Below are positions 19,500 through 28,308 of a stretch of 40,000 nucleotides of DNA, piece after piece. Position numbers and translations under genes: made by a program. Source of the DNA: an uncultured phage cr4_1. The stretch lies in sequence record NC_055893.1. The stretch is one strand, 5' to 3'. Within the stretch, counting starts at the first letter, position 1, and the number at the start of each line of letters is the position of its first letter. Below the pieces are notes generated by a model. That model was not told the DNA's origin, made no database searches, and worked only from the letters and a program-made list of their open reading frames with translations.

Positions 19500-20096
19500 T
19501 TAGTTTAACAATTGTTTTAACTTTTCCCGAGCTTTGTTAAGCTGGGATTTTACCTGGCTCTCTGTAAGGCCAAGTTCTTCAGATATTTGTTTGTAAGACA
19601 AATTCTGAACTGTTCGTAGTTCAAGTATATGACGATACTTATACCGGAGTCTGCTAAAGGCATCTGAAAGTCTCTCATCTGTTTCATTAAAGATATAATT
19701 ATCTTCAGGCGAGTATTCGGCCGAACTTCTCAACTGAACAGTGCTAGTACTATCGTCTAGCCAATAATTTGCATTCTCTTTCTTAGTACGTCTAATATAA
19801 TCAATACTACTATTTATAGCTATAGTTTTTAACCACATTTCAAATGAAATATTGTTAACATAACTCTCTAGCTTTGAAAAAGCTTTAATAAAAGTAACAG
19901 ATAATAAATCATCTGTAGCATCTTTATTATTAACAATACGATATATCGTATTATATATAATTCGATTATACTTTTCATAAAGCTTTGTGAAGGCAATTTG
20001 TTTACCTTCTTTCGCCTGTTTGATCAGATCGAAAAGCTGTTGTCTTTCTTCATCTGTCATAATCACGGGCTTTTTAGTGAGTATAGGGTCAATCAA
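19500..20096 (-). CDS. ECF-type RNA polymerase sigma-70 family factor
   Basis: 198 aa with sigma2 (FTKLYEKYNRIIYNTIYRIVNNKDATDDLLSVTFIKAFSKL…FEMWLKTIAINSSIDYIRR) and sigma4 (LRYKYRHILELRTVQNLSYKQISEELGLTESQVKSQLNKAREKLKQLL). Confidence 0.88.
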   Translation of the reverse strand: MIDPILTKKPVIMTDEERQQLFDLIKQAKEGKQIAFTKLYEKYNRIIYNTIYRIVNNKDATDDLLSVTFIKAFSKLESYVNNISFEMWLKTIAINSSIDYIRRTKKENANYWLDDSTSTVQLRSSAEYSPEDNYIFNETDERLSDAFSRLRYKYRHILELRTVQNLSYKQISEELGLTESQVKSQLNKAREKLKQLLN

Positions 20097-20108
20097 GACC
20101 CTATACCC

Positions 20109-20504
20109 TTAGAATGGTAATCCAAGTATATACCTGCAATGCCATTCATTCCACTCGTCATATAGTTTATCAAAAGCGTCCCAAATACATTCCATAAATT
20201 CAATCTTTAAGTCGCGAGTAAGAACTTCGACTGGTAATTTATTCACCATACCACAGACAATTCTAATTCTAACTTTTAAAGTAATCTTAGAAGCTATGCC
20301 AATCTGTTGTATTATGTTCATGTCAAACCATGATATTATCCTAGCTAAGTTCTGTTTATCAAAGAATTCGTGGAATTCTGTATTTTTAATTTCTCGATTC
20401 TGTATTCTTAAGAATACATACCAAGATGGTCTCCAATTTACTTGAGAATATCTTATAGGACATCCTCTTAAGTATGGATATGCAGTGAGACTATTTACGA
20501 CCAT
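20109..20504 (-). CDS. hypothetical protein
   Basis: 131-aa ORF, overlaps neighbour. Confidence 0.6.
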   Translation of the reverse strand: MVVNSLTAYPYLRGCPIRYSQVNWRPSWYVFLRIQNREIKNTEFHEFFDKQNLARIISWFDMNIIQQIGIASKITLKVRIRIVCGMVNKLPVEVLTRDLKIEFMECIWDAFDKLYDEWNEWHCRYILGLPF

Positions 20505-20946
20505 AGCGAGTGCTATTAATTATTTTCAGCATCAGCACGTTTATCTGTGCTAAATTGAAATCAGTTACACTGAGAATATATGCTTTTGTAGCTTCAATTC
20601 CTCTACCAGGAATTTTAATATCCTCAAGATATCTGTTAGTGAATGCCTTTAGTTGTTCATTACTAATATTTGGCATCTTCGTACCGCGAATAGATTGTCT
20701 ATAAGGCGGTAGAGTACATATTTCTGAGTATTCATACTCTAAAAACAAAAAAGAATCAGGTTTTTGACATACAGTTTGTATCTCAATAGATTCTTCAGAG
20801 AGTACTGTAAACTTTCCTTTTTGAACAAGGTCATTTATTAACAGTGCAGAAGTAATCCTAAGACAAGGAACTTCTCCAACTATATTAGCTAACAATTCAA
20901 ATTGCTCTCCAATAACACGATAGATTCCAGGATGATTTAATTTCAT
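20491..20946 (-). CDS. hypothetical protein
   Basis: 151-aa ORF. Confidence 0.6.
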   Translation of the reverse strand: MKLNHPGIYRVIGEQFELLANIVGEVPCLRITSALLINDLVQKGKFTVLSEESIEIQTVCQKPDSFLFLEYEYSEICTLPPYRQSIRGTKMPNISNEQLKAFTNRYLEDIKIPGRGIEATKAYILSVTDFNLAQINVLMLKIINSTRYGRK

Positions 20947-21131
20947 GACTTTTTATTGATTTCTTTTACAAAGTTACTTACTACTCCCGATATTGCAGAC
21001 ATAGATAAGTCTGGATATTTATCGAGAAGTTTACTAATCGCTTCAGACTCTGAACGAGACTGATTAAGTATACTGATAAATTCAGTACGTTCAGCCTTAG
21101 AGTCAAACCAGGCAAAATATCTTATACGCAT
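20943..21131 (-). CDS. small hypothetical protein
   Basis: 62-aa ORF with overlapping start/stop. Confidence 0.55.
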   Translation of the reverse strand: MRIRYFAWFDSKAERTEFISILNQSRSESEAISKLLDKYPDLSMSAISGVVSNFVKEINKKS

Positions 21132-21421
21132 TGCTCTTTGTAGTTTCTCGCTTTTATTTCAAGTTCACGAAATTTTCTCTCATCTTCAGAATTCATTCCG
21201 TCTACATCAATAAGATGTAAGATTTCTGTACCTCTTTCTTCCCAGAAGAAGAAGATGTTTCTTACTTTAGAAATACCTTCTTTATAGTGATACCTGTTCT
21301 TGTAACACTGTGGCACGACAGAGTTGATACGCTGTATCAATTTCTCTTTCATTCGTAATTCCTTACTTACCTTATCTAAGGGTTCAGGAAGTTTCTCTCT
21401 GATAAAATTAATTAATCCCAT
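21122..21421 (-). CDS. hypothetical protein
   Basis: 99-aa ORF with overlapping start/stop. Confidence 0.55.
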   Translation of the reverse strand: MGLINFIREKLPEPLDKVSKELRMKEKLIQRINSVVPQCYKNRYHYKEGISKVRNIFFFWEERGTEILHLIDVDGMNSEDERKFRELEIKARNYKEQCV

Positions 21422-21460
21422 TTCAAATTAACAATTTATTGATTAAACCTAATTTTCTTG

Positions 21461-21540
21461 TAGTAAGGAGAGGATTCGAACCTCTCTCTCTTCTAACTTT
21501 ATCAGTGTTAGTGTTTCTAAGCCTTATGAAACTACTTACT
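21461..21540 (-). tRNA. tRNA, possibly Ile (GAT), with enlarged anticodon loop or A·A mismatch
   Basis: AGTAAG…CTTACT acceptor, D-arm TTTC-ATAAGGCTTA-GAAA, anticodon stem CTAAC/GTTAG around ACTGATAAA, T-arm AGAGG-TTCGAAT-CCTCT. Confidence 0.75.
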
Positions 21541-21858
21541 CCAGCCTTCTACGACAATGGCGAGCCGTTTAGATTATCACGCTGCTAAGCGAGTATAATC
21601 CATTACATAACTTGTATTGCCAGTTATCTGCTTATTGACCTATTCTATTTCCTCTATGTCGCTGTCAAAACCATAATGCCCCGATTGCAGCTCAGTTGCC
21701 ATTTGTGTTATTTCACACATGAGGAAGAGTTACCCATCACAGGAGCTGCCACTGGTTCGAGTCGAACGAACATAGTGGAGCATACGGGCTAAATATTTTA
21801 CAACAATTAGAACTTTCTATCTCCACATACGTTTTTATAACATAAATATTTATTAATT

Positions 21859-22356
21859 ATGTTAATAGAAAAAGAATGTGAATTCTGTCATAAAATTTTT
21901 ATGGCAGATACAAGAGAGTTAAATCGTGGTAACGCTAAGTTTTGTAGTTTATCTTGTGCTGCAAAAAGTCGTAATGCAAATAAACCTTTGAAACACTGTA
22001 AATGTATTGTATGTAACAATGAATTTTTATCAGTTAATCCAAAAGCTAAATATTGTTCTGATAAATGTAAAAGTAAACATTATAGACAACTAATTGTCAC
22101 AGAGCAAAATGGCACAAGAAAGTTACAAAATATATTATTAGAATTACCCTGTGCGAATTGTGGATGGAATTTAGGTCCAAGAGATATTCATCACATTTTG
22201 CCAGTATGTAAAGGTGGTAAAAATGAGATGAATAATTTAATAACTCTTTGTCCTAATTGTCATCGACTATCACACAGAAACCTCCTTTCAGAGGACAAGT
22301 TAAAAGAACTTGTTTATCTACGGACTATTTCTTCATCTTGCAGTAATGCTGCTTAA
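21859..22356 (+). CDS. HNH endonuclease with N-terminal zinc-finger/ribbon modules (free-standing homing-type)
   Basis: CEFCHKIF…FCSLSCA, CIVCNNEF…YCSDKC, CANCGW…DIHHILPVCKGGKNEMNNLITLCPNCH. Opposite strand to all neighbours. Confidence 0.9.
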   Translation: MLIEKECEFCHKIFMADTRELNRGNAKFCSLSCAAKSRNANKPLKHCKCIVCNNEFLSVNPKAKYCSDKCKSKHYRQLIVTEQNGTRKLQNILLELPCANCGWNLGPRDIHHILPVCKGGKNEMNNLITLCPNCHRLSHRNLLSEDKLKELVYLRTISSSCSNAA

Positions 22357-22457
22357 GATGTTGGGCGCTCTAGCTGGTAATTAAGAACACTATAGTTCTC
22401 CAGTAGTCTCTGCACTTTCTTAGAGTGTACTCTAAGCTTAGCTCAAGATTGGCATGT

Positions 22458-22480
22458 AAAAAGCTGATTTTGAGCTTTTT
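22458..22480 (+). terminator. Rho-independent terminator downstream of the HNH gene
   Basis: AAAAAGCT-gattttg-AGCTTTTT. Confidence 0.75.
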
Positions 22481-23147
22481 ATTTAGCTTTCCTTGAATTC
22501 ACCCAATTTTGTCATATACATTTCTATATAAGCGACCCTCTGAGTCGAACCCGTGTCCAAACGACGATTCAATAGACCTAACAGTCAATTTTTTTAAAGT
22601 TAACTAAAGTATAACTCGCGTGCAGAATTAAGCCATACTTCATAGAATAATCTATTTCACAGCACTCTCTACAGGTAGGCCTTCGTTATGTTATACAATA
22701 CTCCTGCTATTTTTATAGTTAACTTTTATTGTGGGTATATAGCCGACCAAAGCTATATACCCTATGGTCTTGAGAATGGTTAGTTCTCTTATACTGATCT
22801 TGATAATATACGAATAATAGTTTAAACATTGCTGCATAGCAGTTTAAACGATACGAAGATACATATTATTCAGTCTGATTTGATATCTCGACTAAGGCAG
22901 TTCAGCATTATTACTAATGCGGGACAATCTTATTGTCGCGATCCCAGACATATGATCAGTAGTACACAGTAGTTCCTCATTACTGATACAAAGATACTAA
23001 ATGAGACCTGTTAATTCAGGTCTTTGTGGCGTCCAAATTTCTCCCGGTAAACCTAACGGTTTCCACCCAAATTTCCCCATAAACACTAACCTGTTTGGAT
23101 ACAAAGATACTCAGGTTTTGGAACCTCTTTTTTTATTTTCCCTGCCT
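22481..23147. ncRNA. ORF-poor, hairpin-rich block
   Basis: GGGTATATAGC (22733-22743)/GCTATATACCC (22752-22762) 11-bp stem; GTTTAAAC repeated at 22820 and 22842; AGACCTG-ttaatt-CAGGTCT at 23004-23023. Confidence 0.4.
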
Positions 23148-23615
23148 TTAGCGATTACGCTGCGGAATCAGAGAATTCCAACGATAAGACCATGATTTTG
23201 GGAAGATCTCGTCCAATTCTCTTTGAGACTTGTCGATATCTTTGTCGATCTCAATGAGGTCCTTGTCGAATTGCTTCTTCAGTGCAAGAGCTTCATCGTC
23301 CCATGCCGTAATGGGCTTCTTGCCGCTCTTCACGTCTTCGGCAATTGCGTGCAATTCCTTCATATAAGTCTTCATACGTTGGTTTACGCGGTTACTACGG
23401 CGTAACTGCAATGCTGCGGATTTCTCAGTGTATTCACACTTTTGAACCACGTCGATGAGTTCGTTTGTGAGCTTCTCCTTGCGGCGCTCAGCGATCTTCT
23501 CAGCTGCTTTCTTTACTACGTCATCGGTTACTTTGTTTGCGTTTGAGATTGACTCTTGGATATCGTCACTCTCGTTGTTTACATCAAAGATGTTCAGTTT
23601 GTTTTCTTCTGCCAT
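23148..23615 (-). CDS. hypothetical protein, coiled-coil rich
   Basis: 155-aa ORF. Confidence 0.65.
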   Translation of the reverse strand: MAEENKLNIFDVNNESDDIQESISNANKVTDDVVKKAAEKIAERRKEKLTNELIDVVQKCEYTEKSAALQLRRSNRVNQRMKTYMKELHAIAEDVKSGKKPITAWDDEALALKKQFDKDLIEIDKDIDKSQRELDEIFPKSWSYRWNSLIPQRNR

Positions 23616-23655
23616 AATTTGATACTTTTTAATGGTTTGATACTATAGTTAATAA

Positions 23656-23886
23656 TCACGAAATAATTTCGATGAAATCACATCCTTTGAAATATCTTCT
23701 TTTTGCTTCTAATACTGCTACGAATATATTACGAACATAGATATCTATAGACCTATAATTATTACTTTTGCATTGTAGTTTTGCAGATTCAATACTAAAA
23801 TTACCAAAGTATGATACAGCTCTAATTCTTTCTTGGATGTTTTCTGTTGGGTATATCCTAACTAAAGGGCGTATAATCTTACCCAT
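23656..23886 (-). CDS. small hypothetical protein
   Basis: 76-aa ORF. Confidence 0.5.
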   Translation of the reverse strand: MGKIIRPLVRIYPTENIQERIRAVSYFGNFSIESAKLQCKSNNYRSIDIYVRNIFVAVLEAKRRYFKGCDFIEIIS

Positions 23887-24046
23887 TGCATTTAGAGTTT
23901 AAAAAAAAAGAACCATTCTACTTATTCGTATTTCTTATTCGTAGATGACCCATATCCTTCTTCTGACCAATGTTAATTGGTTGACCGTTGTATAGTCCGT
24001 AGGTACTTGTGTCTCCTATGAGATCTCCCTTTAGGGGTTTGGCCAT
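23879..24046 (-). CDS. small hypothetical protein not in ORF track (MAKPLKGDLIGDTSTYGLYNGQPINIGQKKDMGHLRIRNTNK-TAG-…)
   Basis: TAG at 23918-23920 is followed 12 codons later by TAA at 23879-23881 overlapping the next start. Which stop is used is unknown. Confidence 0.4.
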
Positions 24047-24094
24047 AAATGGTTCTTGGTTGACTGAAATCCACCATTTTACTAACAATTTAAA

Positions 24095-24253
24095 TTAGTA
24101 ATATATAACAGCGGGCGGATACTCTGGCGAAGTATCCTCCTTGGACTGTTCAAATTGTTGCATTCTGAGTTTACACTCATGAGTACATACACTACAGTTG
24201 ATTTTATTATCAAGTGTAGGACATTCGTTTTTAATCACTTCTTCTACTTCCAT
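24095..24253 (-). CDS. small Cys-rich hypothetical protein (MEVEEVIKNECPTLDNKINCSVCTHECKLRMQ…)
   Basis: 52-aa ORF overlapping the upstream small gene. Confidence 0.45.
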   Translation of the reverse strand: MEVEEVIKNECPTLDNKINCSVCTHECKLRMQQFEQSKEDTSPEYPPAVIYY

Positions 24254-24348
24254 GACTTCTTACGATTGTAAGGCTCCATTTTCTTATGCTTAGGTTTCTT
24301 TTTAGAATCCTTCTGTCGCTTCTCATAATCTCTATTTGTCTTTGCCAT
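24235..24348 (-). CDS. small Lys-rich protein MAKTNRDYEKRQKDSKKKPKHKKMEPYNRKKSWK with TAG then Lys-Lys-TGA
   Basis: TAG at 24244-24246, TGA at 24235-24237. Confidence 0.4.
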
Positions 24349-24349
24349 G

Positions 24350-24808
24350 TTAGAAGAGTTTAAAGAGTGGATTAATGTCTCTTAATAAGCCTGGTAAACA
24401 AGCTAAGCCGTATTCCTGTAACAGCTTGCGGTGACGAATATACTTTGCAGTAGTATCAATATTTGCTATGATATTTACTGCGGCAGCAATTGTCTCACGA
24501 TTCTGATTTACAAGGAATTTACAGATATCCTGATTAAGAAGAGCTTGTGTCTTCATAGTAGGAGAACCTATCTCTTTTATAATTCTCTTACAGAATTCAC
24601 GAATTACTTCTATATGAGAATTAGATACCGGTTCCTTTGTAACTATGACGCTATTTATAATAGCTTTATCTACTTCTTGATCTGTTAGTATAACCACTTT
24701 AGGGTCATCCTCTACAGTCACATAGTTACTCATTGCATGAGCAAATGCTCCCATTAAGGCTTCTTCATTTCTGATAATGCCTTCGAAGCGAATAATAATT
24801 GCTTTCAT
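24350..24808 (-). CDS. hypothetical protein
   Basis: 152-aa ORF. Confidence 0.6.
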   Translation of the reverse strand: MKAIIIRFEGIIRNEEALMGAFAHAMSNYVTVEDDPKVVILTDQEVDKAIINSVIVTKEPVSNSHIEVIREFCKRIIKEIGSPTMKTQALLNQDICKFLVNQNRETIAAAVNIIANIDTTAKYIRHRKLLQEYGLACLPGLLRDINPLFKLF

Positions 24809-25077
24809 TCTTTTACTACTTTTTGATTGATAGTTATAGATACTGATATTTCATACTTATCTAATTCATCACACAATTCATCAGTAGTATACTTACTAAT
24901 GATAGGAATTGGCGGAACTACAGGATTGTTTGTATTAGGTGTTGCTTTACACAATGTTCTGGCTTTAGACAAAGGTATACCTAATATCTTAGTACAAGCT
25001 AATAAATTAGCTAAGTAATGATCTGTTCCGAACTTGATTTCAGTCAATTTTCGGTTTTCTTCAACTTTAATCTTCAT
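24805..25077 (-). CDS. hypothetical protein
   Basis: 90-aa ORF, overlapping start/stop. Confidence 0.55.
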   Translation of the reverse strand: MKIKVEENRKLTEIKFGTDHYLANLLACTKILGIPLSKARTLCKATPNTNNPVVPPIPIISKYTTDELCDELDKYEISVSITINQKVVKE

Positions 25078-25297
25078 CTAACAAATCTGCAAATTCAGTG
25101 AAAAATGTTTTAGGATCTTCGGCCAATATGACGCTACCATCTTCCATGTCTACTGTTACAACTTCCTCTCCACCTAAAGCTGCATTTCTTGTAACACGAA
25201 TATTGTTAATAGCCATCACATTGATACAAGTTGGCTTTGTTTCCTTTGTATCAGTAAATTTCTGACTACAAAAGAGAAAATCTTTGATAATTTTCAT
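25067..25297 (-). CDS. small hypothetical protein
   Basis: 76-aa ORF. Confidence 0.5.
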   Translation of the reverse strand: MKIIKDFLFCSQKFTDTKETKPTCINVMAINNIRVTRNAALGGEEVVTVDMEDGSVILAEDPKTFFTEFADLLDED

Positions 25298-25521
25298 AAT
25301 ACTAATATTTTTAAATTGTTAATAATTGTTTTTTGACGACGACCAGGGTACTCTGGATTTTGTTTTAAGTTAGTACCAACTAAAAAATACTATACATTGT
25401 TGTCCTATGAAAGTATCATTTGTTAATAAAAAAGACACACTTCTACTGACTCTCAAATAGTTTTAACTCATAATCAGAAATAGCTGTCAAACTAATCTTA
25501 TTGGAGTACCTGATTTTAACG

Positions 25522-25667
25522 TCTGCACGATCATAGATATGTTCTTACACCCTAGGCTCTATTGAATTGTGCAAGCCCAATTCTCAAGACAGGACATATC
25601 TACTTACGCCCCACAGGTTTGTCATTTTCTGAGGAACGTCTACACTATTTTCACAAACTGTGTAGAC
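25522..25667 (-). ncRNA. copy C of a three-copy RNA-like element
   Basis: TCTGCAC (25522) … TAGATATGT/ACATATCTA 9-bp helix (25534-25542/25594-25602) … GCCCCACA (25608-25615) … hairpin GTCTACAC/GTGTAGAC (25638-25667). Confidence 0.45.
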
Positions 25668-25723
25668 AAAGAAGATTTTTAACTTAATAAAAAAAGTATT
25701 TATATAAATGAGAGTGTATTGCC

Positions 25724-26179
25724 TCATTCTCTCTGCACAAATGCAGTATCTTTAGTATTGTTATACTTATCGAGCGAATCCTTATATTGTTGTACTCTTG
25801 CACCACTCATTACATTGTTGTACCTCTCTTTATTAGATTCATATATTGTAACAATGTCGGAATTGGACAATGATGTTCCGTGTTGAAGCAAAATATCAAT
25901 TAATATAACGTCTGGCATTGTAAGAAATACACTGTCAATACGCTTATATTCCTTGATATGCTTACGGGTATCAAGTATATCCTGTATAGTTGGTACAGCA
26001 TACGTGTCAATAGTATCTATATTGACTGTTCGTTCTTGCTTAACCGTTTCCGGTTTAAACAGATTGTCTATCTTATCTGTGAAAAGATAAGTTAACACAC
26101 TTGCGAGGAACGCGAACGCTACTATCGCAAAAATCCATGCCCAAATATGGGCTTTGTTTGGTCTTTCGGGATTTTCCAT
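25724..26179 (-). CDS. membrane-anchored hypothetical protein
   Basis: 151 aa with N-terminal TM segment AWIFAIVAFAFLASVLTYLF. Confidence 0.6.
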   Translation of the reverse strand: MENPERPNKAHIWAWIFAIVAFAFLASVLTYLFTDKIDNLFKPETVKQERTVNIDTIDTYAVPTIQDILDTRKHIKEYKRIDSVFLTMPDVILIDILLQHGTSLSNSDIVTIYESNKERYNNVMSGARVQQYKDSLDKYNNTKDTAFVQRE

Positions 26180-26210
26180 TTTTGATAATGTTTTTAGTTA
26201 ATAATATGAA

Positions 26211-26507
26211 TTAATCAATTCCAAAGATATGTTTCATATACAATGGCTGAAAAGTTTTTGCTGCATATTCTGCTGCTTCTTTGTTAATGAACCTCAAATG
26301 AGTACCGACAAGAGCATGCACAGAACTAAGGTCATCGTAAGAATACAGAGCGAACAAACCCGCAGCGGAACCATCTTTAATCTTGTTCCAATCAATGTAC
26401 CACCAACTGTACCATGTTTTGATTGGTTTGTTTTGTTGGTAGACTGGTATCCACGGTTTGTTTCCGTTGGCAATAAAATTAATTGCTTCAGTGATAGTAC
26501 TCAGCAT
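26211..26507 (-). CDS. hypothetical protein
   Basis: 98-aa ORF. Confidence 0.5.
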   Translation of the reverse strand: MLSTITEAINFIANGNKPWIPVYQQNKPIKTWYSWWYIDWNKIKDGSAAGLFALYSYDDLSSVHALVGTHLRFINKEAAEYAAKTFQPLYMKHIFGID

Positions 26508-26616
26508 GATGTACAGTATAACATGCTCATCTAACTTCCTGCGCTTATCAATAGGTTTTTACCTAATATAGCACAAGCACTTTTGTAATCTTTTACTTGT
26601 TCGAACATAGTTTTGA

Positions 26617-26961
26617 TTAATATTTGTTTAACATTTTGGATAACTGTTCAATTTGATTAGATACTATATTAAAACTAACTCTATCTATATTCTTTATTGA
26701 CTTAGCTACTAACTCTAAGTCTTCTATAGATCTTCTGATAGATGCTTTAATACCTACTCTAATGAGAGGGCTAATAGGTACTCTTACTCCTAATTCCTGT
26801 AATTCTTTATTACGAGCTTCAAGAGCTTCAGGAAATGTAGCAAATGTTCCTACTTGAATATTTTTACCATTATGATATATTATCACACGGTATGGTTTAC
26901 TCTTATTATACTTACATATATAGATATACTTTGCACCTTTACTCTTTCTTCTTGTTATCAT
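26617..26961 (-). CDS. AP2-like DNA-binding domain protein
   Basis: 'KYIYICKYNKSKPYRVIIYHNGKNIQVGTFATFPEALEARNKELQELG' resembles the AP2/integrase-like β-sheet DNA-binding fold. Confidence 0.6.
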   Translation of the reverse strand: MITRRKSKGAKYIYICKYNKSKPYRVIIYHNGKNIQVGTFATFPEALEARNKELQELGVRVPISPLIRVGIKASIRRSIEDLELVAKSIKNIDRVSFNIVSNQIEQLSKMLNKY

Positions 26962-27257
26962 TTTATAGTATCTCCTACAAAATAAGTATTATAGTACAAA
27001 TAGCCTTTAACATATACCTCTTCAGTCTTTTTACTGAAAGGATTCATGAGTTCTAACACATATGTGTCTGAGTTCCGTATATACTTATTAGTCACAATAT
27101 AGTTCTTATACTGTGCTTTAAGTTCTACATAGTTGTAATAACTATAGTCTCTGTAATGTTTACTTATCAATACAGCTACTATTATTATAATCAATGCGAG
27201 TAAAAACTCACTAATACTTGTGAGTATACTGTTCGAAGTACTTCTCTTGACTATCAT
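26958..27257 (-). CDS. membrane-anchored hypothetical protein
   Basis: 99-aa ORF with TM segment. Confidence 0.5.
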   Translation of the reverse strand: MIVKRSTSNSILTSISEFLLALIIIIVAVLISKHYRDYSYYNYVELKAQYKNYIVTNKYIRNSDTYVLELMNPFSKKTEEVYVKGYLYYNTYFVGDTIK

Positions 27258-27258
27258 A

Positions 27259-27477
27259 TCATGCTAATCTAACAGTTACTCTTGTAGGTTCTTTGTCTTC
27301 CCATTTTACAGATGGAAACAGGTCTGAATCTATGTGTATCGTATTAAATGATGTTGTAAGCCATACAATTGTATCACTCGCCATTCCCTTTGTAGGTTTA
27401 TCTCTGTATAAATATAATTCGTTATCTTTATCTCTCGCAACCCATATTCGAACTGATTTCTTTGGTTTTTCATTCAT
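27259..27477 (-). CDS. small hypothetical protein
   Basis: 72-aa ORF. Confidence 0.5.
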   Translation of the reverse strand: MNEKPKKSVRIWVARDKDNELYLYRDKPTKGMASDTIVWLTTSFNTIHIDSDLFPSVKWEDKEPTRVTVRLA

Positions 27478-27511
27478 AATAAATTGATTTTATTGTTATT
27501 AACTATTGTTG

Positions 27512-27596
27512 TACCGAGAGCGGGAATCGAACCCGCACGACCTTAATGGTCAACAGAGTTTAAGTCTGTCTTGGCTACCTATTACAACATCTCGGC
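27512..27596 (-). tRNA. tRNA-Leu (anticodon TAA)
   Basis: Acceptor GCCGAGA/TCTCGGT, anticodon arm ACAGA-CTTAAAC-TCTGT, long variable arm GACC-ATTAA-GGTC, T-arm GCGGG-TTCGATT-CCCGC. Confidence 0.93.
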
Positions 27597-27910
27597 TTAT
27601 AAGGCATTGGTTTTCATGAGTACAAACTGGAAGATTTATTTAACTCATTACTTAACACACTCACCACGTGAAGGTTGCCTGTTTGAGTGCAGCCAGTATA
27701 TTCGTATTCACATATAAATATACTGACAATACTACGCTTAGTATTTGATGACAAATTCATACTACAGAATGAATTTAGTAATAGGCTAATCTATGGATAC
27801 TGTAAGGACTATCCTACGCTTAGGACTAATATGTGACATGTTGAACAGGAATACCACCTATCTCTACACAGAGCATAAAATAAAGTTTGTCACATTGCAT
27901 GATTTTTAAG

Positions 27911-28074
27911 TCTGCACTAATACTCATTGTGATTGGTTTAGAGTGGCTATGCCAACGCTCTGTATCCCCAATAAATCTATTTCTATCCTGTAAAGGACAC
28001 AATAAGATATAAGCCCCACATGCTTGTCAAGGATTCTCACCTTAAGGAGCGTGGTAGTATTACTCTGCTACCAC
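27911..28074 (-). ncRNA. copy A of a three-copy RNA-like element
   Basis: TCTGCACTAATA … ATTGTG/CACAAT helix … ATATAAGCCCCACA (28007-28020) … hairpin 28051-28074. Confidence 0.5.
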
Positions 28075-28163
28075 TAACACTTTTGCTATCTGAGGCAGTT
28101 GACCTCTGAGTTTTTTTACTAATTGTAATCTGTAGCTATATATTACAATTTGTCTTTGATTTC

Positions 28164-28308
28164 TCTGCACTAATATCAGCATATGTGTTACTTTAAAAGA
28201 ATTTCCGGCTAACGCTTGCAATCATTTCACCTTCTATTGATAAAAAGCACTTTCATATGTGCGCTCTGAATATAAGCCCCACAAAGTTGACACTGATTCA
28301 CACAGTGT
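28164..28308 (-). ncRNA. copy B of a three-copy RNA-like element
   Basis: TCTGCACTAATA … CATATG/CATATG helix (28180-28185/28254-28259) … ATATAAGCCCCACA (28270-28283) … hairpin ACACTG/CAGTGT (28290-28308). Confidence 0.5.

Noticed and set aside
21744-21790. T-arm-like GTTCG-TTCGACT-CGAAC on minus strand
   Set aside because: No matching acceptor, D or anticodon arm. It is a hairpin only.
22395-22420. Group I intron R-like string GTGCAGAGACTACTGG
   Set aside because: No convincing S/P7 partner or splice context. Recorded only as a note under the HNH finding.
22524-22570. Possible tRNA or tmRNA end (minus strand ACGGG-TTCGACT-C…)
   Set aside because: The T-stem 3' side (CAGAG) does not pair and no acceptor partner was found.
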